Of a stretch of DNA of 64,000 nucleotides, positions 45,034 to 61,324 are shown piece after piece (position 1 is the first letter of the stretch; every line of letters starts with the position of its first letter). The stretch comes from the human T2T-CHM13v2.0 reference genome, Homo sapiens: assembly GCF_009914755.1 (NCBI RefSeq), contig NC_060925.1. One strand, 5' to 3'. The position numbers and the translations under genes were made by a program. The notes under the pieces are model-generated. The model was given only the letters and a program-made list of their open reading frames with translations. It did not search any database and was not told the DNA's origin.

Positions 45034-47113
45034 CTAAATTGCTTTGGGCAGTATGGTCCTTTTCACAATATTGATTCTTCTTATCCATGAGCATAGAATG
45101 TTGTTCCATTTGTTTGTGTCCTCTCTGATTTCCTTGAGCAGTGGTTTGTAGTTCTCCTTGAATAGGTCCTTCACTTCCCTTGTTAGCTGTATTCCTAGGT
45201 ATTTTGTTCTTTTTGTAGCTATTGTGAACAGGAGTTTATTCATGATTTGGCTCTCTGCTTGCCTGTTGTTGGTGTATAAGAATGCTAGTGACTTTTGCAC
45301 ATTGATTTTGTATTCTCAGACTTTGCTGAAGTTACTTATCAACTTAAGAAGCTTTTGGGCTGAGATGATGGGGTTTTCTAGATATAGGATCATGTCATCT
45401 ACAAAAAAGATAATTTGACTTCTTCTCTTCCTATATGAATACACTTTATTTCTTTCTCTTGCCTAATTGCCCTGGCCTGAACTTCCAATACTATGTTGAA
45501 TAGGAGTGGTGAAAGACAGCATCCTTCTCTTGTGCCAGTTTTCAAGAAGAATCCCTCCAGCTTTTGCCCATTCAGTATGATATTGGCTGTGGGTTTGTTA
45601 TATATGGTTCTTATTATTTTGAGGTTCCTTCAATACCTAGTTTATTGAGAGTTTTAAACATGAAAGGATGTTGAATTATATCAAAAGCCTTTTCTGCATC
45701 TATTGAGATAATCATGTGATTTTTGTCTTTAGTTCTGTTTATGCGATGAATTACATTTATTGATTTGCATATTTTGAACCAACCTTACATCCCAGGGATG
45801 AAGCCAGCTTGATTATGGTGGATAAGCTTTTTGATGTACTGCTGGATTTGGTTTGCCAGTATTTTTTTTTAAGGATTTTTGCCCTGATGTTCATTAGGGA
45901 TGGCTTGAAGTTTTCTTTTTTGTTATATCTCTGCCAAGTTTTGGTATCAGAATAATGATGGCCTCAGGAAAGGAGTTAGGGAGGAGTCCCTCATTTTCAA
46001 TTGTTTGTAATAGTTTCATTAGAAATGGTACCAGATCTTCTTTGTACCTCTAGTAGAATTCAGCTGTGAATCTGCCTGGTCCTGGGCTTTTTTGGTTGGT
46101 AGGCTATTTATTAATGCCTCGATTTCAGAACTCATTATTGGCCTATTCAAGGATTTGATTTCTTCCTTGTTCAGTCTTGGGAGGCTGTATGTGTCCAGGA
46201 ATCTATCCATTTCTTCTAGATTTTCTAGTTTATGTTCATAGAGGTGTTTGTAGTATTCTCCAATGGTTGGTTGTATTTCTATGGAGTCATTGATGATATT
46301 CCCCTTATCATTTCTGATTGTGGCTATTTGATTCTTATGTTTTCTTTTTTATTAGTCTAAGCAGTCTATCTATTTTATTAATTTTTTTCAAAAAATCAGC
46401 TGCTGCATTCATTGATTTTTGAAGGATTTTTCATGTCTCTATCTCCTTCAGTTCAGCTCTGATCTTGGTTATTTCTTTTCTTCTAGCTTTGGGGTTTGTT
46501 TGCTCTTGATTCTCTAGTTCTTTTAGTTGTGATGGTAGTGTGTTGAGATCTTTCTAGCTTTTTGATGTGGGCATTTAGTGCTATAAACATCCCTCTTACC
46601 ACCACTTTAGCTGCATCCCAGAGATTCTGGTACATTATCTGTTTGTTTGCATTAGTTTCAAAGACCTTCTTGATTTCTGCCTTAATTTCATTATTTACCC
46701 AAGAGTCATTGAGGAGCACGTTGTTCAATTTACAGGTAGTTGTGTGGTTTTGAGTGAATTTCTTAATCTTGAGCTCTAATTTGATTGTGCTGTCATCTGA
46801 GAGACTGTTATGATTTCAGTTCTCTCACATTGGCTGAGGAGTGTTTTACTTCTGATTATGTGATCAATTTTAGAGTAAGCACCATGTGGTAATGAGAAGA
46901 ATGTATGTTGTGTTGTTTTTGGGTGAAGAGTTCTGTAGATATCTACCAGGTCCACTTAATCCAGAGCTGAGTTCACATCCTGAATATCTTTGTTAATTTT
47001 CTGTCTCAATGATCTGTCTAATATTGTCAGTGGGGGTGTTATCTGGGTGCTCCTGTATTGGGTGCACATATATTTAGGATAGTTAGCTCTTCTTGTCAAA
47101 TTGAACCCTATAC

Positions 47114-47309
47114 CTGTGAAGAATGTCAATGGTAGTTTAATAGGAATAGCATTGATCTATAAATTGCTTTGGGCAGCATGGTCATTTTCACAATATTGAT
47201 TCTTCTTATCTATCAGCATAGAAGGTTTTTCCATTTGTTTGTGTCCACTCTGATTTCCTTGAGCAGTGGTTTGTAGTTCCCTTTGAAGAGGTCCTTCTTC
47301 ACTTTCCTT
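47114..47309. repeat. ~195-bp direct copy of 44988-45181 inserted in the EN region of the same L1
   Basis: ctgtgaagaatgtc...ggtccttc...cacttt/ccctt in both places; out of L1 collinear order. Confidence 0.88.
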
Positions 47310-50300
47310 TTGTGATTTCATAATCATATGTAATCATATACATAATCATATGTAATGCCCTTCTTTGTCTTTTTTTATCTTTGTTGGTTTAAAATCTGTT
47401 TTGTCAGAAACTAGGATTGCTACCCCACTTTTTTTGTTTGTTTGTTTTCCATTTGCTTGGTAAATTTTCTCCCATCCCTTTATTTTCAGCCTATGTGTGT
47501 CTTTGCACATGAGATGAGTTTCTTGAAGGCAGCATACCAATGGGTCTTGTGTGAATTTAATCCTGTCATCATAATGCTATCTGGTTATTTTGCAGACTTC
47601 TTTATGTGGTTGTTTCATAGTGTCACTGGCCTGTGTACTTCAGTGCATTTTTATGGAGGCTCATAAAGGATTTTTTTTTTCTAGATTTAGTGCTTCCTTC
47701 AGGAGTTCTTGCAAGGCAGGCCTGCTGGTGATGAATAACCTCAGCATTTGCTTGTCTGAAAAAGATATTATTTCTCCTTTGCCTATGAAGCTTAGTTTGA
47801 CTGGATATGAAATTCTAGGTTGTAAACTCTAGGAATGTTGAATATTGGCCCCCAATGTCTTCTGGCTTATAGGGCTTTCTCTGAGAAGTCTACTGTTAGT
47901 CTGATGTGCTTCACTTTGTAGGTGACCTGGCCTTTCTCTCTGGCTGCCCTTAACATTTTTTCTTTCATTTCAACCTTGGAGAATCTGATGTTTATGTCTT
48001 GGGGTTGATTTTTTCGTGGAGCATCTTACTGGGTTTCTCTGCATTTCCTGAATTTGAAGGTTGGCCTGTCTTGCTAGGTTGGGGAACTTCTCCTGGATGA
48101 TATCCTGAAGTATGTTTTCCAACTTGGTTCCATTCTCCCCATCTCTTTCAAGAACCCCAATCAGTCATAGGTTCGGTATCCTTACATAATCCCATAATTC
48201 TCAGTGGTTTTTGTTCATTTCATTTCATTCTTTTTCGCCTGTCTTATTCTTGTCTGCCTGTCTTATTTCAGAAAGATAGTCTTCAAGCTCTGAGATTCTC
48301 TCCTCCACTTGGTCTATTCTGCTATTGATACTTGTGATTGCATTGAGAAATTCTAGTATTGTGTTTTCTGGCTTTATCAGGTTGGTTATGTTCCTCTCTA
48401 AACTGGCTATTCTGGTTATCAGCTCCTGTATTTTTTTGTATGATTCTTAGCTTCTTTGCATTGGGTTACAACATGCTCCTTTAAGTCAGCAAAGTTCATT
48501 ATTACCCACATTCTGAAGCTTACTTCTGTTAATTCAGCCATCTCATCCTCAGCCTAGTTTTGTGCCTTTGCTGGAGAGGTGTTTCAGTCAGTTGGAGAAG
48601 AGGCACTCTGGCTTTTGAGTTTTCAGCATTTTTGCATTGATTCTTTCTCATCTTTGTGGGCTTATCTATCTTAAATCTTTGATCTTGCTGACCTTCGAGT
48701 GGGGTTTTTGTGGGGTATTTTTGTTGATGTTATTCTTGTCGTTTTCTGTCTCTTTTTCTTTTAGAGTCAGACCACTTTTCCATAGGGCAGCTGCAGTTTA
48801 TTGGAGGTCCACTTCAGACCCTACTTGCCTCAGTTTTTTCCTTACCTGGAGGTATTACCAGTGAAGGATTTGAAACAGCAAAGATGGTAGCCTACTCCTT
48901 CCTGTGGAAGCTCTGTCCCAAGGGGATACTGACCTGTTTCCGGCCTGAACGCTCCTATAGGAGGTGTCTGGAGACGCCTGTTGGGAGGTCTCACCCAGTC
49001 AAGAGGAACAGGATCAGGAACTCCCTTAAAGAAGCAGTCTGGCTGCTTCTTGGTAGAGCAGGTGTGCTGCATTGGGAGTGGCCCTTTCTTTCCCAGACCA
49101 CCTGGACTCTCCATAGCTGGCAGGCTGGAACAGCTGAGTCAATCAAACCACAGAGACAGCAGCCAGCCCCACCTCCAGGAGCTCCATCCCAGGGAGAGAT
49201 CAGAGTTCTGTCCAAATAACCCTGGGGGGAGGGGCTGAAACCTCTGCATGGAGGCCACACCCAGTGAAGACGAATGAATTGGGGGTCCCTCTTAAAGAAG
49301 CAGTCTGGCCACAATCTGGCAAAGCAGCTGTACTGTGTTGTGGGGAACCCCTCCTTGTCCTGACCACCTGGACTCTCCAGAGCCAGCAGGCTGGAACAAC
49401 TGAGTCAACCAAGAGATGGAAGCTGCCCTGCCCCCTGGGAATTTGGTCCCATCTCACACAGCCTCCAGCCTATTGCCAGTGGCTGGCTGGAATTCCAAGT
49501 CAGTGGGTCTTAACTCGTGAGGTGCCTTGGAAGTGGGGCCCAGAGAACGATGCTGTTTGGCTCCCTGGATCCAGCCCTTTTCCTATCAGAAATTATGGAT
49601 AGATCTCCTGTCTTTCTGAGATTCCTGGGGCCAGAGTACTTAAAACTCCTAGGTCTCTGTGTGTGCCTGAGTGGCTGCTCTGCCAAGATTCCCCACAGCT
49701 CTGTGTGTGGGACCCAAGCCCCTGGTGGCATGGGCTCACGGGGGATCTCCTGATCTGTGGGTTGCAAAGATCCATGGAAGAAGCAGTGAGGGAGTGTGCA
49801 ACCCCACACTTGGCTGGGGTTCCCTTGGCTGGGGGTGGAAGGGGGTTCCTTTGGCTATGTGCCACTCGCAGGTGGACCATCACCCGACTCTGCTTTTCTT
49901 CATTCTCCATGGGTCGAGTTGTTTGCCTAGTCAGTCCCAGTGAGAGAAACTGGATATTTCAGTTGAAGGTGCTGACTTCTCTCGCTGCTTTCATTCCTCT
50001 TTGTGAGTGCCAAGGGTGGCCGCTGCTTCTAATCAGCCATCTTGGCCCCTTGACAGACTTTTTTCTTTACACTTATCATTGTTTAGCATTAATTTTCCTG
50101 TTCTGTAAAAAAGGGATCATATCTGTTTTGTTCAGAAAAATCAATACATAATAACCACTCAAATATTTGCTAAGTGAACTATTACATATAGCTAGAAATT
50201 TCAGATAGAATTGTACAAATGAACTGTACATTAATGATTGCTAATAAATTCCAGTTTAGTGACATATTTTAGGTTTTTCACAATTTATAAATAGTTTTAT

Positions 50301-51006
50301 GGTAATACTAAATTCTGAACTATATGAAATGTCTTTAAATCAGGCTCAAATCTCATGTTCAGCCCCATCACCATCACCATAGAATTTCATGATCCTACCA
50401 ACCATGGGTGATCTGGGTTAATCCAGAGTGGAGAAGACTCTCTCCAGATTCAGACTGCCTGGCTTTAGCCAGGTTAAACTAAATCAACCTCTACGACTTG
50501 GTTGAGACAAATACAGGGTGAATGACTATTCACTTATGTCTTTCCACATAAAATTAAGAATTATAATTTCCTTTTCCAAAATACAGATAAACTGTCAGCT
50601 AATGAACTGACCTAAAATAAAAATGAAACATTTTTATGTAAATTAAAATATATACATATATTAAGCATATATATGTATATTAAATAACATACTAAACATA
50701 TATTAAAGTATATTATAAATAAAAGCATATATATGTTAAATAAAAACATATTAAAAGTATATTTGAAATAAAGTTTGACTACACAAGTTTTATACATATG
50801 GTACTTTAAAAAAATAGTAATTGTATCATTTACATGACAATTATCAAAGGAAAAAATTTACATAAACTCTGAAACTTTTATGTTAGTACCTAACTGCATT
50901 ACAATTTTTAATAATGAAACTTTAACATTATATTAAAGTAAATTTCTATTCTTAAACTGCTTTCTAAAAATGTTAACCTTCATCCTTCCATACCTGTCTA
51001 CCCCAG

Positions 51007-51236
51007 GGATGAAAATACATGGTATCCAGAGAAAAATCCTGATAAATTAACAAAAATTATTCAAAAGCTTTTTGTGTTTGCCTTTACTTGGGCATTTGGA
51101 GGAGCTTTAAACCGTGAAGATGAACACAGAGAAAATATACCATTTTGTCCCAGTCTTGAACCTGATTCTCTTGCAAAAGTAACATACGATTTTGACAAAC
51201 TTGTTCATGAATTATTTGGAAACAGTTCACAAGTAG
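51007..51236 (+). CDS. DNAH14: Dynein heavy chain exon F (230 nt, phase 2-1): DENTWYPEKNPDKLTKIIQKLFVFAFTWAFGGALNREDEH...FDKLVHELFGNSSQV
   Basis: Acceptor taccccag|G, donor GTAG|gtaagt; FxFxxxWxxGG dynein AAA-lid motif. Confidence 0.92.
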
Positions 51237-51894
51237 GTAAGTTCTGTGGGAAAAATCATAACTATACTTATTTTAAAATATTAATTTAAAGCAATGCTTG
51301 GCTTATAATGATTAGGTTCATCTTTTAAAATGTTAAGATTGAAGGAAAAAGAAGGTTTATAATATACCCAATACCCTCATTATAGTGAAAGAAGCTGAAG
51401 AAAATTACATTCCTGTTTGGTTTTAGGTGCTACGAAAACCTATAATGCCAGTAAGGCAGAAGATAAAGCCATAAAACTATCAATTCAGTTACTCTGAGCT
51501 CATCTGCTGTGTTTCTGGATCTGTATTATCCATATCGCCATGTAGCAAGAAGTTCTGTAGGATCATAATATTATAGTCTTATATTTCTTTTTTTTAAAAA
51601 AATCCAAATTATTTTATAAAGCCTTAGATTTCCTTAGTACTTGTGCTTTTTGAATCGGTTCTAACAAATGGAATCCATCCTATTACTTTGAAACAGTAAA
51701 CATTTGCAATTAGCTGTTGTTGACTAAAAGAACTTTGAGTAGGTAAAGTGATTGTTGATGCAGGTACCAAAAAGAGACAAAATATTAAGCATAAATATAT
51801 TTAGAAGAACTTTGTTAAATAAAGATGAATGCTAACAACATTATACCAAAAATACAAATCCTACTGATTTGTCTGATGTACTTGTTTGAGGTTA

Positions 51895-53390
<1,496 letters not shown>

Positions 53391-54136
53391 TATTTGTTAA
53401 AAGTTCTATTTAAGACATCTGGATGGCAAAGATTCTATGTTATTTCCTGTGGAAATTAACCTTTAATCCAAAAGCATTGCGTGTTAATTTGTTGTTGAAA
53501 TGAATGATTCAACTCCATCCTCTAACTCCTATAGATAAATAAATTGCCTTAATTTATTTGTTAGGCAGAAATACCTAGAACTGTGTTTGCTCTTCCTGTA
53601 AACTAAAAGGCAAGTTAATAAATTATTCATTATATTTGAATGCTTATCTTAAAACAATGAATATGAAATTTTGCTTTGTCATCTGAAATATCAGTATAAA
53701 ACTAGGTTAGAATAGGAGGGTAAAAAGGGAAGGAAAGGCAAGTAGAAGCAATTATAGAACTATAAAACCACCAAAGTAGAAATGAGGAAAAAGAAAAAAA
53801 GGGGGAGAGCCAAAAAAAATTATAATTACATTGCAAGAAAAAATTGTAAAACACATAAAGAAAACCTAATCTGTTAAGGAAATATACCACCAAAATGGCC
53901 CATCATATGAATTCATCTCAGGGAAAATTATTATGACCTAACACAGATTTGAATGTAAGTGTTTAGGGTCCTAAAAAGATAAATGAATGGCATCCATTTT
54001 TAATAAATGATGAATTACGGAACAACATGTAGAAATTTTAAAAGAACATATAGCTATGAAAAAGAATGAAATAGACATCTGGAAATGAAAAATTTTGTTA
54101 TTTACAAAGAGGAGCTGGTACTAAGACAAAGAAAGT

Positions 54137-57100
54137 CTTATCAGCTTAAGGAGTTTTTGGGCTGAGACGATGGGGTTTTCTAAATATACAATCATGTCAT
54201 CTGCAAACAGGACAATTTGACATCTTCTCTTCCTATCTTCATACCCTTTATTTCTTTCTCCTGCCTGATTGCCCTGGCCAGAATTTCCAATATTATGTTA
54301 AATAGGAGTGGTGAAGAGGGCATTCTTGCATTGTGCCGGTTTTCAAAGGGAATGTTTCCAGCTTTTGCCCAGTCAGTATGATATTGGCTATGGGTTTGTC
54401 ATAAATAGCTCTTATTATTTTGAGATGTGTTCAATCAATACCTAGTTTATTGAGTGTTTTTTAACATGAAAGAGTGTTGAATTTATCGAAGGCCTTTTCT
54501 GCATCTATTGAGATAATCATATGTTTTTTGTTACTGGTTCTGTTTATGTGATGGATTACGTTTATTGATTATTGATTTGTGTATGGTGAACCAGCCTTGC
54601 ATCCCAGGGATGAAGCCAACTTGATTGTCATGGGTAAGATTTTTAATGTGCTGCTGGATTCATTTTGCCAGTATTTTATTGAGGATTTTTCATCGATGTT
54701 CATCAGGGATATTGGCCTGAAATTTTCTTTTTTTGTTGTGTCTCTGCCAGGTTTTGGCATCAGGATGATGCTGGCCTCATAAAATGAGCTAGCAAGGAGT
54801 CCCTCTTTTTCTAGTGTTTGGAATAGTTTCAGAAGGAATAGTACCAGCTCCTCTTTGTACCTCTGGTAGAATTTGGATGTGAATCCATCTGGTCCTGGGC
54901 TTTTTTTGGTTGGTAGGTTATTAATTATTGCCTCAATTTCAGAACTTGTTATTGGTCTATTCAGGGATTCATCTTCTTCCTGGTTTAGTCTTGGGAGGGT
55001 GTGTGTGTCTAGGAATTTATCCTTTTCTTCTAGATTTCTAGTTTATTTGCATAGAGGTTTTTATATTAATCTCTGATGGTAGTTTGTATTTCTGTGGGAT
55101 CAGTGGTGATATCCCCTTCATCATTTTTTATTGTATCTATTTGATTCATCTATTGTCTTCTTTATTAGTCTGGCTAGTGGTCTATCTATTTTGTTAATCT
55201 TTTCAAAAAAACAGCTCTTGGATGGTTGATCTTATGAAGGGTTTTTCATGTCTCTATCTCCTTCAGTTCTGCTCTGATCTTAGTTATTTCTTGTCTTCTG
55301 CTAGCTTTTGAATTTGTTTGCTCTTGCTTCTCTAGTTCTTTTAATTGTGATGTTAGGGTGTCGATTTTAGATCTTTCCCGCTTTCTGATGTGGGCACTTA
55401 GTGCTATAAATTTCCCTCTTAACACTGCTTTAGCTCTGTCCCAGAGATTCTGGTACATGTGCCTTTGTTCTCATTGGTTTCAAAAAATTTATTTATTTCT
55501 GCCTTATTTGATTATTTACCCAGTAGTCATTCCAGAGCAGGTTGCTCAGTTTCCATGTAGTTTTGTGGTTTTGAGTGAGTTTCTTAATCCTGAGTTCTAA
55601 TTTGATTGCAATGTGGTCTGAGAGACTGTTATGATTTCCTTTCTTTTGCATTTGCTGAGAGAGTGTTTTACTTCCACTTATGTGATCAATTTTAGAATAA
55701 GTGCTATGTGGTGCTGAGAAGAATGTATATTCTGTAGATTTGGGGTGGAGAGTTCTGTAGATGTCTATTAGGTTCATTTGGTCCAGAGCTGAGTTCAAGT
55801 CCTGAATATCCTTGTTAATTTTCTGTCTTGTTGATCTGTCTAATATTCACAGTGGGGTGTTACAGTTTCCCACCATTATTGTGTGGGAGTCTGAGTCTCT
55901 TCTGCAAAGTCTCAGGACACAAAATCAATGTGCAAAATCACAAGCATTCCTATACACCAATATAGGCAATATATTGACAATAATAGACAATAATATAATA
56001 GGACAAACAGCCAAATCATGAGTGAACTCACATTTACATTTGCTACAAAGAAAATAAAATACCTAGGAATACAACTTACAAGGTACGTGAAGGACCTCTT
56101 CAAGGAGAACTACAAACTGCTGCTCAAGGAAATAAGAGAGGACAAACAAATGGAAAAATATTTCATGCTCATGGATAGGAAGAATCAATATCGTGAAAAT
56201 GGCCATACTGCTCCAAGTAATTTATAGATTCAATGCTATTCCCATCAAGCTACCATTTACTTTCTTCACAGAATTAGGAAAAACTACTTTAAATTTCATA
56301 TGGAACCAAAAAAGAACCCATATAGCCAAGACAATCATAAGCAAAAAGAACAAAGCTAGAGGCATCACACTACCTGACTTCAAACTGTACTACAAGGCTA
56401 CAGTAACCAAAACAGCATGATACTGGTACCAAAACAAATATATAGACTACTGAAACAGAACAGAGGCCTTAGAAATAACACCACACATCTACAACCATCT
56501 GATCTTCGACAAACCTGGCAAAAAAAAAAAAAAAAAAAGGATAAGGATTCCCTATTTAATAAATGGTGTTGGGAAAACTGGCTAGCCATATGCAGAAAAC
56601 TGAAACTGGACCCCTTCCTTACACCTTATACAAAAATTAACTCAAGATGGATTAAAGATGTAAATGTAAGACCCAAAACCATAAAAACCCTAGAAGAAAA
56701 CCGAGGCAATACCATTCAGGACATAGGCATAGGCAAAGACTTCATGACTGTGACACCAAAAGCAGTTGCAACAAAAGCCAAATTTGACAAATGGGATCTA
56801 ATTAAACTAAAGAGCTTCTGCACAGCAAAAGAAACTATCATCAGAGTGAACAGGCAACCTACAGAACGGGAGAAAATTTTGCGATCTATCCATCTGATAA
56901 GGGGCTAACATCCAGAATCTACAAGGAACTTAAACAAATTTACCAGAAAAAAACAAACAACCCCATCAAAAAGTAGGTAAAAGATATGAACAGACACTTC
57001 TCAAAAGAAGACATTTATGTGGCCAACAAACATATGAAAAAAAGTTCTTCATCACTGGTCATTAGAGGAATACAAATCAAAACCACAATGAGATGCCATC

Positions 57101-57826
57101 TCACTCCAATTAGAATGGCAATCATTAAAAAGTCAGGAAACAACAGATGCTGGAGAGGATGTGGAGAAATAGGAACGCTTTTACACTGTTGGTGGGAGTG
57201 TAAATTAGCTCAATCGTTGTGGAAGACAATGTGGCAATTCCTCAAGGATCTAGAACCAGATACCATTTGACCCAGCAATCCCATTACTGGGTATATACCC
57301 AAAGGAATATAATCATTCTACTATAAAGAAACATGCACACGTATGTTTATTGCAACACTATTCACAATAGCAAAGACTTGGAATGAACCCAAATGCCCAT
57401 TAATGATAGACTGGATAAGGAAAATGTGGCACATATACACCATGGAATACTATGCAGCCATAAAAAAGAATGAGTTCATGTGCTTTGCAGGGACATGGTT
57501 GAGGCTGGAAGCCATCATTCTCAGCAAACTAACACAGGAACAGAAAACCAAATACTGCATGTTCTCATTCATAAATGGGAGTTGAACAATGAGAACAAAT
57601 GGACACAGAGAGGGGAACATCACACACTGGGGCCTGTTGCGGGGTGGGGGCAAGGGGAGGGAGAGCATTAGGACAAATACCTAATGCATGCGGGGCTGAA
57701 AACCCAGATGATGGTTTTGATGGAAGCAGCAAACCACCATGGCTCATGTATACTTATGTAACAAACCTGCACATTCTGCACATGTATTCCAGAACTTAAA
57801 GAATAATAAAAAAAATAAGTAAATAA
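54137..57826 (+). mobile_element. 5'-inverted (twin-primed) L1PA7/8-like element: inverted 54137-~55900, forward ~55900-57826
   Basis: Inverted part begins at revcomp of ...AAGCTGATAAG and forward part begins (CTTC)TGCAAAGTCTCAGG, adjacent positions in ORF2; candidate TSD aaagaaa(g/t)tc at 54128-54137 and 57827-57836. Confidence 0.88.
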
Positions 57827-57836
57827 AAAGAAATTC

Positions 57837-58990
<1,154 letters not shown>

Positions 58991-59039
58991 AAACCAAAAG
59001 AAAACAGAGTATATACCCAGGTCAGTATATGTACATATA

Positions 59040-59890
59040 TTTCTTAGCTCTGTCTGCTGAGAGAGCCTAGAAGAGTGACAACTAATAACAATGAGCTCCC
59101 TTAGCACTCAGATCTCGGGAAGGAAAGGCAGTTCAACTTGAGGAAGGATCTGCAATGACATAACAAATAGGAACCTAAAGTCATTTATTAGAGTTACTAT
59201 AACTAGGGAAAAGGGGAACACCAGTTCTTTGAAGGATAGTTGAATACAGGATTTGAGCTAATAGTTACACCTGTAGAACCAAAAGAACATCATGGTCCCT
59301 CTATTAGAGTGGGGGCTTATAGAGGAAAGGTGATAAGGTCCTGGTACAACTCCATTGCAGTTTGTTCATGGACTCATCCAGTGCTCATTTCCCCAGCACC
59401 TGGGTGCATAATCAGAATGGATATACTTAGCACTGGCAAACACCTTCACCTTAATTTCCTGACCTGTAAAATAAGATTTATAATGGCATAAGAAGCCAAA
59501 TGAAAGCCCCTCGTAGAGCCAATCCTCAGTCCACAGACCTCAAACCAATACTGCATCCTGGAAGAAATGGCAGATATCAATGACATCCTCAGGGCTTCAA
59601 AGATGCAGGTATGAGTTATCCATTATATTCCTACTTAATTCACTAACCTGATCTTTTGAAATAAAAAAGATGGATCAAGGTGGGTGATGGTGGACTATAA
59701 TAATCTTAAACAAATAGTAATCCCAGTCACTTTGGCTACTCTTTTTACCAGTAGGGACAATCTCTAGCATTTGGTATGTGTTCTTGACCTGGTGAATACA
59801 TTTTCAATCCCTATCAAGAAGGAAAATAAGAAGTATCCTCATTTATTTGGGATGGACAGTAATAAATCATGGCCTTGCCCCAGGGAGTAA
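59040..59890 (+). mobile_element. Ancient ERV-L-type internal fragment (protease/RT relic)
   Basis: LNTGFELIVTPVEPKEHHGPSIRVGAYRGKVI resembles ERV-L protease (LDTGSELTLIPGDPK.H.GPPVRVGAYGGQVI); downstream KKDGS..VDY and LPQG-like RT remnants. Confidence 0.7.
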
Positions 59891-60011
59891 ATGAGATGAG
59901 CCCTATGATTGCCCCAGCCCTCTACCTGGAGGAGCTTTCCAGATGGTGGCCCAGGGAAGGGAACCTAAGAAGAACAAAATGGCCTTGCTGAACTGAGAAG
60001 ACAGAGCTTGA

Positions 60012-60760
60012 ATGAGGTATATTTTACACACCAAATTCACCCACTTCAAATATATGTATCAATGATTTTTTAGTAAGTTTACTGAGTGGTGCAACCATCA
60101 CCATACATCAGTTTTAGAATATTTTCGTCTTTCCATTATGATCTCCGTTCCCATTTACAGTTAATCCTTATTCCCATCCCCAACCATCGGCAACAAATTT
60201 GCTTCTTAGTAAATTAAGCTTCAATAAGCATTTTAAGAAATCAACTACCATATATGGTCTGTTGGGTCTGGTTTATTTCATGTATCATAATGTTTTTGAG
60301 GCTCATCCATAATGTATCATTTATCAGTAGTTAATTTGCTGAATAGTATTCCATTCTATGAATATATCACATCTTGTCTATCCATTTACCAGTTGGTAGA
60401 CATTTAGATTGTTTAAAGTTTGGGACTATTATGGATAATGCTTTTATGCATTATATGCAAGTCTTTCTGTGGACATATGTTTTCATTTCTCTTGGGTAGA
60501 TGCCTAAGGCAAGAATTGCTGGGTCATATTGTGGTAGTTTTAGGTTTAACTTTTGAGCAACTGCCAAACTTTTTTCCAAAATGTCTACACTATTCTACAT
60601 TCCTACCAACAATATATTAGGGTTCTTGTTCTCCAAATCCTCCCCAATATTTGGAGGCAATTTGTCATTGTCTTTCTCATTTATTATAGCCATTCCAGTG
60701 GGTATGAAATGTATCTCACTGTGGTTTTAATCTGCATTTCTCTAAAAACTAATGATGTAT
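60012..60760 (-). mobile_element. Old L1M(B-like) 3' segment, antisense
   Basis: atctcactgtggttttaatctgcatttctctaaaaactaatgatgt; gaattgctgggtcatat; L1 3'UTR-type text. Confidence 0.7.
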
Positions 60761-60782
60761 AATAAGGGACACTTAATTAAAC

Positions 60783-60928
60783 CAGGGATTAGCATACTAC
60801 AGCCTGCAAGGCAATTCCAGCTTGTAGCCTACTTCTGTACAGACTGTAAGCTAAGAATGATTTTTATATTTGTAAGGGATTTGTAAAGGAAAACAAAGAA
60901 GAATATACAACAGAGATCGTATGTGGCG
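60783..60928. mobile_element. MER58-like hAT-Charlie fragment
   Basis: cagggattagcatactacagcc...gctaagaatgatttttatattt...caacagagatcgtatgtggc. Confidence 0.6.
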
Positions 60929-60931
60929 TGC

Positions 60932-61322
60932 TGTTTTAACCATATTCCCTTGGGTGAGGTATGGTGAGGCCAGACTCAGATGAAGAAAAGGGAACTGGAA
61001 ACGGTTTTACAGTTTTGTTATACTCACAGGTTCCTGAAGAGAAAGAACATGACACATTGGGCCACTCAGGATGGAAGCACTGGGGTCAGTCACAGGGCAG
61101 ACGGAGAAAGGGGAACTGTGGGCAAGTACCTTTATTGTGGTTTCTGCAGGAAGGAATGGGCAAAGCAGTGTAAATGGGCTTGGGATTGGCTAGTTTGAAT
61201 AATTTCAGCAAGTTCTGCTGAACAGGGCTGTCCCTGGCTATCTGGTACCTGGCTTTGGGGTGATTAGGGTAAGTATATCATTGCCAGGGAGTGTGAGAGC
61301 TCCATAAGGGAGATGCTTGGAA
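60932..61322 (-). mobile_element. ERVL-type LTR fragment (MER54/MER74-like)
   Basis: tgttttaaccatattccc start; cctttattgtggtttc (AATAAA on - strand); ggattggctagtttgaataatttc; family tentative. Confidence 0.4.
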
Positions 61323-61324
61323 GT

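Noticed and set aside
48980-49420. Internal ~280-bp repeat (cccagt...ttaaagaagcagtctggc...ggctggaaca.ctgagtcaa) and many overlapping ORFs
   Set aside because: Lies in the GC-richer 5'UTR of an older L1PA, where tandem subrepeats and chance ORFs are expected.
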